Origin: Candidatus Saccharimonadota bacterium
GTDB lineage: Bacteria > Patescibacteriota > Saccharimonadia > Saccharimonadales > Saccharimonadaceae
DNA length: 32,000 nt
Assembly: GCA_001029695.1 (NCBI GenBank)
Contig: CP011211.1
Location: 870,001 to 902,000 of the forward strand
Direction: 5' to 3'
Shown: positions 24,125-32,000 of the stretch, piece by piece
Layout: each line of letters begins with the position of its first letter
Numbering within the stretch: the first letter of the stretch is position 1
Notes under the pieces: generated by a model
Database searches by the model: none
The model's input: only the letters and a program-made list of their open reading frames with translations
Told to the model about the DNA's origin: nothing
Position numbers and translations under genes: made by a program

Positions 24125-26404
24125 ATGTTACGTATCATCACTCCGATCAATCTTAAACTCGCTCAGCTCTTTAAGTTTAGTTGCATTCGTGTATACATTG
24201 TAGCGACAGGTATTTTTATCTTTGCTGCCACTGTCGGCGTGTGCCTTTTTATAATGCCTGTACACGCTGCATCGAATCTTGCGCCGGGTACGGCTGCAGA
24301 TAATTTCGTAACAACATGGAATACTGATCCTGATGGTGTCGGAGATACATCTGTCACTATTCCTACGAATGCTACTGAAACGTATAACTACGATGTCGAC
24401 TGGGATAATGACGGCGTCTTCGAGCAGACAGGTGTCACTAGTGGCGTAACGCATGATTTTGGTGCTACGGGAGAGTATACGGTTCGAATACGGGGTACAT
24501 TTCCACAGGTTCATTTTAGTAGTTCTCCGCAGCTCAATAGGAGCAAAATTCTCAGTATCGACCAATGGGGGACTGGCGTGTGGAGTAGCATGGCAGGTGC
24601 ATTTGAAGGGACAAGCAATCTTACATTGAACGCAGTTGACGCTCCAAATCTTACGAACGTGACGGATGTAAGCGATATGTTTAAGCAAGCCACTTTGATG
24701 AATAGCGATCTTTCTGCCTGGGATATGGGTCACGTGGTGAATATGTCCGGTATGTTTACGGAAGCTGCAAACTTCAACGGTAACATTTCGACTTGGAATA
24801 CGAGCAGTCTAGAAAATGCATCTCGTATGTTTGCAGGTGCTACGAATTTCAATAGTAATATTTCTAATTGGAATGTTGCTAATCTCGAAAATGCATTAGG
24901 TATGTTTGCGAGCGCGACATCGTTTAACCAAGATCTTTCTCAATGGAATACGGCAAACGTGACCAATATGCGGTCCATATTTTATAGAGCGTCATCATTT
25001 AATGGCGATGTCTCTACATGGAATACGGCAAACGTGACAGATATGAACCAATCATTTAGTAGCGCGACATCGTTTAATCGTGATATTTCCGGTTGGAATA
25101 CAGAAAATGTCACGACGATGTATGCAATGTTCAATGGTGCAACCGCATTTAACCAAGACCTTTCTCAATGGAACACGGCAAACGTCACAACTATATACAG
25201 TATGTTTGGTGGGGCAACGAGCTTTAACGGCAATGTCTCTACTTGGGATACGGGAAATATCACGGATATGTTCGGTGTATTCTCGCAGGCGACTGCTTTT
25301 AATCGCAGTCTGTCTGCCTGGAATATTTCACAAGTAAATACGATGTCTTTCATGCTTTCAAACACTGGTCTATCGGTAGAGAATTATGATGCGACGTTGA
25401 CCGGCTGGGCCTCTCGTCCAGTACCTTCTGGCATTGCACTTGGGGCTACTGCGCTTCAGTATTGTCATGCTACTGCAGATCGTCAGAAGTTGATCGATGA
25501 TTCTCATTGGACGATTACAGGAGATAAGACAAGTTGTCCTTTACCAAAACAGATTAATAGTGTTGCTTTTTCTGAGGGCGAGGGAGGGGAGAAGCTCTTG
25601 ACGGTGACTGGACTTCGACTAGTAAATGCCGACGGTGATCCTACTGAGTATATTGAAGCACTCTCACGTTCACTTGTTTCCTTGAATGGCACTCCATTAA
25701 AGTCATGTACCTTTGCTGGTATGGACGTGGCTCAGATCATTGCGGTACTCGGCGTAGCGTATCCTAATGTAGGTGAAAATGTCACAGATGACCAACCCTG
25801 CTATTATTCGTTTGGTCCATCGTATACTCCTGCTATTACGGAAACCCAAGCACTCGTCTGGCTTCCTCCCACCTTCGACACCGCCGCCCAAGGCACCGTC
25901 TCGGTAAACGGGTCTCCCGTTTACACCTTTAATCAACAAACCACTCCTGGCGTTGACGAGCCAACTGCTATTGTCGAAAACAAGCCTCTGACTGGTGTCC
26001 CCGTTATTCCAAAACGTCCTCATTTTAGCGGCACGGCAGAGCCGGGCGCTACTGTGACCGTGACTGTCCACTCAGATCCAATCTCCTGCACAGCACTGGC
26101 TGACAGCAATGGTAACTGGGCATGCCAGCTACCATCCGACCTCGAACCAGGGCAACACACGGTTAACATCCATATTGTTCTGCCTGGCGGCGGCACACAA
26201 GATCTTGGCCCGTACACTGTGACAGTTAACCCTGACGGCACCAGCACTCCCATAACAAACACGACGCCACTCGCACCGAACACAGGATTTGCTCAAACAG
26301 TAAAGACACTCACCACACAACCTCAAGGACTCATCCTCCTCGCAACACTTCTTGCTGCCTTGGGTGTTGGTGGGATGGTGGCGAGGGAGCGACGACGGAG
26401 CTAA
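24125..26404 (+). CDS. BspA-type (DUF285) leucine-rich-repeat surface protein, paralogue 2
   Basis: Same architecture as paralogue 1, with about 10-11 repeats (WNT(A/S/E)NVT..M...F..ATSFN) and no insert. The C-terminal Ig-like module and the LAPNTG + TM + RERRRS tail are conserved. Confidence 0.85.
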   Translation: MLRIITPINLKLAQLFKFSCIRVYIVATGIFIFAATVGVCLFIMPVHAASNLAPGTAADNFVTTWNTDPDGVGDTSVTIPTNATETYNYDVDWDNDGVFEQTGVTSGVTHDFGATGEYTVRIRGTFPQVHFSSSPQLNRSKILSIDQWGTGVWSSMAGAFEGTSNLTLNAVDAPNLTNVTDVSDMFKQATLMNSDLSAWDMGHVVNMSGMFTEAANFNGNISTWNTSSLENASRMFAGATNFNSNISNWNVANLENALGMFASATSFNQDLSQWNTANVTNMRSIFYRASSFNGDVSTWNTANVTDMNQSFSSATSFNRDISGWNTENVTTMYAMFNGATAFNQDLSQWNTANVTTIYSMFGGATSFNGNVSTWDTGNITDMFGVFSQATAFNRSLSAWNISQVNTMSFMLSNTGLSVENYDATLTGWASRPVPSGIALGATALQYCHATADRQKLIDDSHWTITGDKTSCPLPKQINSVAFSEGEGGEKLLTVTGLRLVNADGDPTEYIEALSRSLVSLNGTPLKSCTFAGMDVAQIIAVLGVAYPNVGENVTDDQPCYYSFGPSYTPAITETQALVWLPPTFDTAAQGTVSVNGSPVYTFNQQTTPGVDEPTAIVENKPLTGVPVIPKRPHFSGTAEPGATVTVTVHSDPISCTALADSNGNWACQLPSDLEPGQHTVNIHIVLPGGGTQDLGPYTVTVNPDGTSTPITNTTPLAPNTGFAQTVKTLTTQPQGLILLATLLAALGVGGMVARERRRS
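24572..25370 (+). repeat. In-frame 75-nt leucine-rich-repeat array inside paralogue 2
   Basis: Periodic units. The strings agcgcgacatcgtttaa and tggaatacggcaaacgtgac recur. Confidence 0.85.
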
Positions 26405-26463
26405 TACTTCATATATTTAATCTGGTGTGGTGGGGTGATTTTCAGGCAAATTAGTAACGCTCA

Positions 26464-26472
26464 TGCTACAAT
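26464..26472 (+). promoter_or_regulatory. Extended -10 promoter TGCTACAAT upstream of parA
   Basis: TGn + TACAAT. The leader carries AGGGGA before GTG 26500. Confidence 0.4.
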
Positions 26473-26499
26473 AGAACAAATGAATAGGGGAAATAAACA

Positions 26500-27261
26500 G
26501 TGACGACCGTCATTTCTGTGACAAACCAAAAAGGTGGAGTTGGCAAGACGACAACTGCAGTCAATGTTGCGTATTATCTGGCTAAAGCAGGCAAGAAAGT
26601 ACTTTTGATTGATTTTGATCCGCAAGGTAACGCGACAAGCGGACTTGGGGTTGATAAGCAGGAGTTGCAGTCGACGATGACGGAGGTACTTATGGGATCA
26701 ACTACGTTATCTGAAATTATTTTGCCAACTGAGCATAAGAATCTTTTTCTAGCCCCTACGACACCTCATCTTGCAAATACAGAAGTTGAACTTGCAGGCG
26801 CGCAGCATAAGTTTACACGACTCAAACAAGCTATTGAAACAGTTCCTGACTATGATGTGGTGATTATTGATAGTCCACCAAGTCTCAGTCTCCTCACGGT
26901 AAACGGGCTTATCGCGGCGAAGTATGTGTTACTGCCGGTCCAAGCGGAGTTTTATGCGCTTGAGGGTCTTGGCCAGCTACTGGAGACGATGAAGCTAGTG
27001 AGGAAGAGTATGAACCCGACACTCGATTTACTCGGCGTACTTCCTACGATGATGGATAGTCGAACAACACTTAGCGGACAAGTGTTTGAAGAGATTAAAA
27101 AGCATTTCCCCGGTAAGGTATTTGAACACACTATTCCTCGCAATATTCGCCTTGCTGAAGCGCCAAGCCATGGCCTTCCTGTGGGCGCGTATGATCGATG
27201 GAGCAAGGGCGCTAGGGCGTACAAAGCGGTGACTAAAGAAATTATTGATCGTATAGGCTAA
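26500..27261 (+). CDS. parA: Chromosome partitioning ATPase ParA/Soj
   Basis: Deviant Walker A NQKGGVGKTTT, plus IDFDPQGN and IIDSPPSLS. Confidence 0.92.
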   Translation: MTTVISVTNQKGGVGKTTTAVNVAYYLAKAGKKVLLIDFDPQGNATSGLGVDKQELQSTMTEVLMGSTTLSEIILPTEHKNLFLAPTTPHLANTEVELAGAQHKFTRLKQAIETVPDYDVVIIDSPPSLSLLTVNGLIAAKYVLLPVQAEFYALEGLGQLLETMKLVRKSMNPTLDLLGVLPTMMDSRTTLSGQVFEEIKKHFPGKVFEHTIPRNIRLAEAPSHGLPVGAYDRWSKGARAYKAVTKEIIDRIG

Positions 27262-27275
27262 AGGGGAACTGTCAG

Positions 27276-28166
27276 ATGAGTGTAAAAAAAGGACTAGGAC
27301 GTGGATTTGCTTCACTTATTCCCACAGAACTTTTAGATGAATCGTTCGACCCAACGGCAGCTCAAGACGAGCAGATTAGTGAATTACGGCATATCAAGCT
27401 TTCGGAAATTGTCGCCGATCCAGAACAGCCACGCCGTCATTTTGATGAGGTATCTTTAGACGAGATGGCCGCGTCTATCAAAGAGCACGGTATATTGCAG
27501 CCAATTGTCGTAACTCCTTACCAAGGTAGTTACCAGATTGTCGCAGGCGAGCGACGCTACCGCGCTTCGCAGCTTGCTGGGCTTGATAAGATTCCGGCAT
27601 TAGTGCGAACCCTTAGTGGGCAGCATAAGCTTGAACTCTCGCTTATTGAGAACCTCCAGCGGCGAGATCTTAATGTTCTTGAGACGGCGACAGCCTACCT
27701 GAAGCTGCGTGACCAGTTTAACCTCACGCTTGATCAGATTGGTGAGCGAGTAGGAGGCAAGTCGGTTAGTGCGATTAGTAACACGCTTCGACTGCTAAGG
27801 CTGCCTGAAGTGGTTCGCCAAGCAATTGCTGATGGGAAGCTTCGGGAGGGCCAGGCGCGTCCTCTTATTGGTCTGGATGAGACTATTATTCTTGAGGTGC
27901 TTCCGCAAATTCTCAAAGAGGAATGGAGTGCTCGAAAAATTGAGCAGTTTATCGTTACTCTGAAGAAAGGCCAGCAGCAGGCAAGTGACAAACCCCCTGC
28001 AGAGCAGGTGACCCGTAGTTTACGCGAAAAGGAAACCAAGCAGCTTGCTCGTCGTTTTGCGACTGATGTAAAAATCCGGACAAATACTCGTGGTGCTGGT
28101 CAGATTGTTATCGCGTTTAAGAGCGAAGAGGAATTTTCTCGAATTCAAAAAATGCTTGATGCATAG
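27276..28166 (+). CDS. parB: Chromosome partitioning protein ParB/Spo0J
   Basis: GLGRGFASLIP, ParB box PEQPRRHFDE, GILQPIVV, GERRYRA, and an HTH region. Confidence 0.92.
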   Translation: MSVKKGLGRGFASLIPTELLDESFDPTAAQDEQISELRHIKLSEIVADPEQPRRHFDEVSLDEMAASIKEHGILQPIVVTPYQGSYQIVAGERRYRASQLAGLDKIPALVRTLSGQHKLELSLIENLQRRDLNVLETATAYLKLRDQFNLTLDQIGERVGGKSVSAISNTLRLLRLPEVVRQAIADGKLREGQARPLIGLDETIILEVLPQILKEEWSARKIEQFIVTLKKGQQQASDKPPAEQVTRSLREKETKQLARRFATDVKIRTNTRGAGQIVIAFKSEEEFSRIQKMLDA

Positions 28167-28208
28167 TGATTATTGTTCGACTGTGAAAGTATTTCTACGT
28201 GCTTACTA

Positions 28209-28808
28209 CTAAAACGTTCGAATGCCTGTAAACGGAAAAATACGAATACCAACTGGCCCGATTACATCGTAGAAGGGGATAAGGCCTAGTCCATTACGTG
28301 AGTCGTAGGAGAAGCTGCCTTCACGGTGATCACCGCTAACGAATAGCGTACCTTCCGTTACCGTAGTATCAACTTCACCACTTGTAGGGCTGCCAGGCTC
28401 TCCGTGATTTTGGTCATCGGGGTTAAATCCGCCAGGATGGTCTGCGTTGTAGACAGTGTAGGTGCCGTCTTTTAGTACGACTCTCTCTCCTGGAAAAGCG
28501 ATAACACGCTTGACGATGTACTCATCAGCGCTACCTCCAGTAAAAAGAGGGTTCTTAAACACGATAACTTGTCCGCGCTCGGGGATATACGATTTATTCT
28601 GAAGCTGTGCCCACGTGACAGGTAGTCGATTGACGATAAGCCGATCACCGGTGTAAAGAGTCTTTTCCATACTAGGACCTTCGACGTTGAAGCTACGGAA
28701 AATGAAGCTATTTATAAAAATTGTGCCAGCGAAGACGCAGATGGCAAAAACAATCAGTCCAAGAATGTCCTTAAAGAGGGGGTGCCGCTGAAAATACGAT
28801 GCTTCCAT
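28209..28808 (-). CDS. lepB: Signal peptidase I
   Basis: N-terminal TM helix, then S26 motifs GPSMEKTL, GDRLIVNR, IVKRVIAFPGE and SGDHREGSFSYDSR. Confidence 0.85.
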   Translation of the reverse strand: MEASYFQRHPLFKDILGLIVFAICVFAGTIFINSFIFRSFNVEGPSMEKTLYTGDRLIVNRLPVTWAQLQNKSYIPERGQVIVFKNPLFTGGSADEYIVKRVIAFPGERVVLKDGTYTVYNADHPGGFNPDDQNHGEPGSPTSGEVDTTVTEGTLFVSGDHREGSFSYDSRNGLGLIPFYDVIGPVGIRIFPFTGIRTF

Positions 28809-28919
28809 TCGTACTTACTATATACAATTTTACCGGCAACCGCCAGACTATTCAGCCAAAACAAAAGCATTTTATGATTTTCAACATCACTGAAGTTATG
28901 TATAGTAGTATGAGTATTT

Positions 28920-30578
28920 ATGACAAAACAACGACATTCAATAGATGGATTTACTCCACGCCGTGCTGGCGCGGATCTTGGCGGACTTCATAAAAAAGAT
29001 AAGGCGACTCCTGTTCGTCCTACAACTCTTCGTGAGCTTCATACAGCTGGCGCTACGACACCACACGCTGAACCAAAGAAGGGTATTCGTCGTTCTGATA
29101 TTGACGAGTCGCTTAAGGGAATTGATTCTCCAGTTGAGGATAAGAAATCTCGCAAACGTAAGAGTCCTGAGCAAAAAGCGAAGCGTCGCAAACTAATCAA
29201 ACGAGTTGCGATTTTACTTGTAGTGTTGTTGATATGTGCTGGTGGTTTTCTTGGGGTCAAGGCGCTACTTGCTAGTGGTCAGATATTTAAGGGCCCTATT
29301 CTTGATATTTTCCAAAACAAACCGCTTCAGCAAGATAGCAACGGGCGCAGTAATGTACTCGTACTGGGTACATCTGATGATGACGAAGGCCACGGTGGGG
29401 CGGATCTCACCGACTCTATGATGATTTTGAGTGTTGATCAAACTAAAAAAGACGCATACCTTATAAGTATTCCACGCGATCTCTATGTGAAATATGGGCG
29501 AGCTTGTAATAGTGGATATGCAGGAAAAATAAACGAGTATTTTGATTGCGTTCGTGAAAATAAAGATATAGAAGGCACTCAAGCAGCCCTCAAGGAATCT
29601 TCGAAGTTTGTCGGCGATATCTTTGGGCTTGATATTCAGTATGGTGTAAATCTTAACCATACAGTTATTCGCCAACTTGTGTCGGCCGTTGGTGGCATTA
29701 CGGTGAACATACAAAGCCGTAAACCGAATGGTGTGATGGATAGTAATTTTGACTGGAAATGTGGCGAAGGTGACCGAAAAGTGAGTAAGGCTGAGCGATT
29801 AAAGCGCTGTCCTCCAAGTGGCCACTTTATTGACTTCCCGAATGGAGAAGTGACTATGGATGCTGAGCACGCGCTTTACTTTACGATGGCCCGTGGTGAT
29901 CGTGTTCCAACTTACGGACTTGAACAGTCAAACTTTGACCGTGAAAAGAACCAGCAGCTTGTTATAAAAGCTATTCAGAAGAAGGCGACAAGCGCAGGAA
30001 CCCTTTCTGATGTCACGAAAGTATCTGCTTTGATTGATGCTGTCGGAAGCAATCTTCGTTCAACATTTGAGACTGCCGAGATACGAACTCTTGTTGATCT
30101 TGGTAACTCTGTCCAGCAGGACAAAATAAAATCGCTACCATTCAATGATGAAAAGCAAGATTTACAGCTTATGACCACAGCAATGGTTGGTGGTGCAAGT
30201 ATTGTACAGCCCTCAGCTGGCCTGTATGACTATAGTGATATTCGCACCTATCTTCAGGAAAATCTGAGCAATAATCCTGTGACGAAAGAGAAGGCAAGTA
30301 TCGTTGTATTAAACGGCTCAGGTGTAGCTGGCGCTGGTCAGAAAGAGTCCGACAAGCTAACGCAGCAGGGATTTGTTGTATCGAATGTTGCCAACGCTCC
30401 CGCAGGTGACTACGGTAAAGCAGTCATCTACCAGCTGAGTAGTGAAGGTGCGTCTGCGACAGCAGAGAAACTTAAGCAACTCTACGGAGTATCAATCAAG
30501 CAAGAAGACCCACCGGTTGCTGTCGCGGAAGGTACGAAATTTGTTGTGATCATAGGCCAGGCAACTACCTCAAACTAG
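28920..30578 (+). CDS. LCP (LytR-CpsA-Psr) family cell-envelope phosphotransferase with LytR_C-like C-terminal domain
   Basis: Basic cytoplasmic N terminus and one TM helix. LCP strings NVLVLGTSDD...ADLTDSMMILSVD...ISIPRDLYV and R.GD...G...R...Q. C-terminal VVLNGSGVAGAG...L...GF. Confidence 0.85.
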   Translation: MTKQRHSIDGFTPRRAGADLGGLHKKDKATPVRPTTLRELHTAGATTPHAEPKKGIRRSDIDESLKGIDSPVEDKKSRKRKSPEQKAKRRKLIKRVAILLVVLLICAGGFLGVKALLASGQIFKGPILDIFQNKPLQQDSNGRSNVLVLGTSDDDEGHGGADLTDSMMILSVDQTKKDAYLISIPRDLYVKYGRACNSGYAGKINEYFDCVRENKDIEGTQAALKESSKFVGDIFGLDIQYGVNLNHTVIRQLVSAVGGITVNIQSRKPNGVMDSNFDWKCGEGDRKVSKAERLKRCPPSGHFIDFPNGEVTMDAEHALYFTMARGDRVPTYGLEQSNFDREKNQQLVIKAIQKKATSAGTLSDVTKVSALIDAVGSNLRSTFETAEIRTLVDLGNSVQQDKIKSLPFNDEKQDLQLMTTAMVGGASIVQPSAGLYDYSDIRTYLQENLSNNPVTKEKASIVVLNGSGVAGAGQKESDKLTQQGFVVSNVANAPAGDYGKAVIYQLSSEGASATAEKLKQLYGVSIKQEDPPVAVAEGTKFVVIIGQATTSN

Positions 30579-30587
30579 CCACGACCG

Positions 30588-30596
30588 TGCTATAAT
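30588..30596 (+). promoter_or_regulatory. Extended -10 promoter TGCTATAAT
   Basis: Perfect TGnTATAAT, 11 nt upstream of ATG 30608, with no Shine-Dalgarno. Confidence 0.45.
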
Positions 30597-30607
30597 AAGA
30601 AAAGTTT

Positions 30608-31408
30608 ATGGAATTACTACGAGTTGTAAAGCACCGTTCTTTGGTGAGCGAACTAGTCTACGTATTACTTAATGTTGGCCTTGCTGTCACTATATTGCTT
30701 GTTGTATGGGCGGTGGAGTCACCACTTCCGGCGTTTATACTAATCCTTCTTAGCAAATGGCGCATCTTCGCTGTAAGGCCACGCTACTGGCTCGCTCATG
30801 TACAGGCAAATCTTGTTGATTTGATTGTGAGTATTAGTTTGGTGGTACTACTGTACTCTGCTGGTAGTGCAGGTGGGGAGCAGGGAGTTATGCTTCAGGT
30901 AGCTATAGCGGTCCTGTATGTCATATGGCTTCTAGCGCTCAAACCTCGCTCAAAGCGTTCATTTGTGGTTGCGCAAGCAGGAGTTGCGCTGTTCGTCGGT
31001 ACGATGGCATTGTTTAGCGCAGCGTACGAATGGCCATCTTCGGCGGTTGTTGTTGCTATGTGGCTGCTTGGCTACGCAGCGGCACGTCACGTTCTGTCGG
31101 CATATTCTGAAACAAGCGCCACTTTCCTGAGCCTGGCATGGGGATTCGTGATTGCACAGATTGGCTGGATTTCGTATCACTGGGCGATAGCATATAGCCT
31201 TCCGCTCATAGAGGGTATTCGACTTCCGCAGGCGTCAATTATTGTGATTGCGCTGAGCTTTGCGGCTGAGCGGGTCTATGCGTCGTATGCAAAGCATGGT
31301 TCTGTTAAGGCCGCTGACATCTTACTGCCAGTACTACTTTCAGTGAGTGTTATTGCGATTCTTGTGCTCTTCTTCAACGCAGAGCATTTAAGTGTTTCCT
31401 CAGTCTAG
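30608..31408 (+). CDS. Hypothetical polytopic membrane protein
   Basis: 266 aa with about 7-8 hydrophobic helices. No family recognised. Confidence 0.6.
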   Translation: MELLRVVKHRSLVSELVYVLLNVGLAVTILLVVWAVESPLPAFILILLSKWRIFAVRPRYWLAHVQANLVDLIVSISLVVLLYSAGSAGGEQGVMLQVAIAVLYVIWLLALKPRSKRSFVVAQAGVALFVGTMALFSAAYEWPSSAVVVAMWLLGYAAARHVLSAYSETSATFLSLAWGFVIAQIGWISYHWAIAYSLPLIEGIRLPQASIIVIALSFAAERVYASYAKHGSVKAADILLPVLLSVSVIAILVLFFNAEHLSVSSV

Positions 31409-31441
31409 TGTCATATACTAAAAGATAAAGGGGTGAGAATA

Positions 31442-32000
31442 ATGAAGAAAGAACCAGAAATAAGCGAGAAATCTTCGCAACCAACGACATCAATTGATGA
31501 GACAAAGACTCAGTCAGCCCAGCCTGTGCCGTCTGCACCTGCGACTAGTGTTTCGCGGAAGAGGCCTTCAAAGGGTAAATTTTTTGCAGCTGCTATTTTA
31601 CTAATCGTTCTTTGTTTTACTGCCGGACTTGGTGGTGGATACATTTCTCAGCTAGCAGGTAACGATACCCATGACTCAAACCGAAATAGCGCAGGTGATG
31701 GCAATCAAATCATTACCCAAGAAGAAGAAGACATATCGTCGGTTGCTACGAAGGTTGGGCCAAGCGTCGTCTCTATCGTCACGAAGGCTCAGGCGCAATC
31801 TATCTACGGTACTCGCACCCAGGAGGGTGCAGGAACTGGGATTATCGTGAGTGCCGATGGGTACGTACTTACAAACAAGCATGTTATCCAAGACAGCCAG
31901 GAGGTCGCGGTTGTGACTTCTAATGGCGTGACGCATAGCGATGTGACCATTGTCGGGAGTGATCCGCTCAATGATATCGCGTTTCTCAAAATAAAAGGTG
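31442..32000 (+). CDS. HtrA/DegP-like trypsin-fold serine protease, N-terminal part (3' end off the window)
   Basis: Not in the ORF track because it has no stop in the window. My own translation from ATG 31442 (AAAGGGGTGAG upstream) gives a TM anchor, then VGPSVVSI, GTGIIVSADGYVLTNKHVI (catalytic His) and NDIAFLKI (catalytic Asp). Confidence 0.8.
   Translation, partial: MKKEPEISEKSSQPTTSIDETKTQSAQPVPSAPATSVSRKRPSKGKFFAAAILLIVLCFTAGLGGGYISQLAGNDTHDSNRNSAGDGNQIITQEEEDISSVATKVGPSVVSIVTKAQAQSIYGTRTQEGAGTGIIVSADGYVLTNKHVIQDSQEVAVVTSNGVTHSDVTIVGSDPLNDIAFLKIKG

Noticed and set aside
22054-25370. CRISPR-like regular periodicity.
   Set aside because: The 75-nt period is in frame and encodes 25-aa leucine-rich repeats inside two long ORFs. 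There is no repeat-spacer structure and there are no cas genes.
23520-26230. Whether the similar C-terminal segments of the two paralogues are a template-repeat/variable-repeat pair of a diversity-generating retroelement.
   Set aside because: The differences are spread over all bases and are mostly synonymous third positions, not adenine-specific. No reverse transcriptase gene is in the window.
26405-28208. Canonical parS (TGTTTCACGTGAAACA) or clustered DnaA boxes near parAB.
   Set aside because: By eye I found no convincing match in or around parAB or elsewhere. The closest strings, for example tgtttcgcgctgaaaac at ~909 inside recJ, have wrong spacing. A proper pattern scan is needed.
1-32000. 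Alternative genetic code (TGA recoding, as in some CPR lineages).
   Set aside because: All long ORFs are intact under the standard bacterial code. TGA terminates murI, tag and ORF 15206 at sensible lengths. No family-conserved protein is interrupted by in-frame TGA.

Overview
This is a compact, gene-dense chromosomal segment; 33 of the 35 protein genes I call are on the + strand. Most are housekeeping genes: recJ (partial), rpsU, a GatB/YqeY protein, adk, map, murI, ftsA, ftsZ, nrdR, a VKOR homologue, tag, ileS, chaB, mpg, galU, rplU, parA, parB, lepB, an LCP-family gene and htrA (partial). Gene content and style suggest a small-genome Patescibacteria/CPR organism, possibly Saccharibacteria-like. 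The cues are a eukaryote-like IleRS, VKOR, DUF285/BspA-type surface proteins, many overlapping gene junctions and standard code with TGA as stop. That lineage call is inference only. I found no CRISPR array, tRNA, rRNA, transposase, integrase or recognisable defence system. The non-core content is as follows. (1) A cytoplasmic protein fuses an FHA domain to a transglutaminase/EDR1-like Cys-His-Asp core, and is followed by an orphan ~200-nt promoter-to-terminator unit that I cannot classify. (2) A GC- and codon-shifted cassette encodes a small secreted protein behind a structured leader. (3) A surface-protein region holds a 759-aa beta-helix/Ig-like protein, a membrane-anchored CAP-domain protein, and two tandem BspA-like leucine-rich-repeat paralogues that share a conserved, non-canonical sortase-like C-terminal signal (LAPNTG). 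Other points are an NrdR that has lost all four zinc-ribbon cysteines, an IleRS whose HIGH motif reads HHGT, and a recurrent extended -10 promoter (TGnTAnAAT). That promoter sits so close to several start codons that those mRNAs would be leaderless. All product names come from reading the translated ORFs; no database search was possible.
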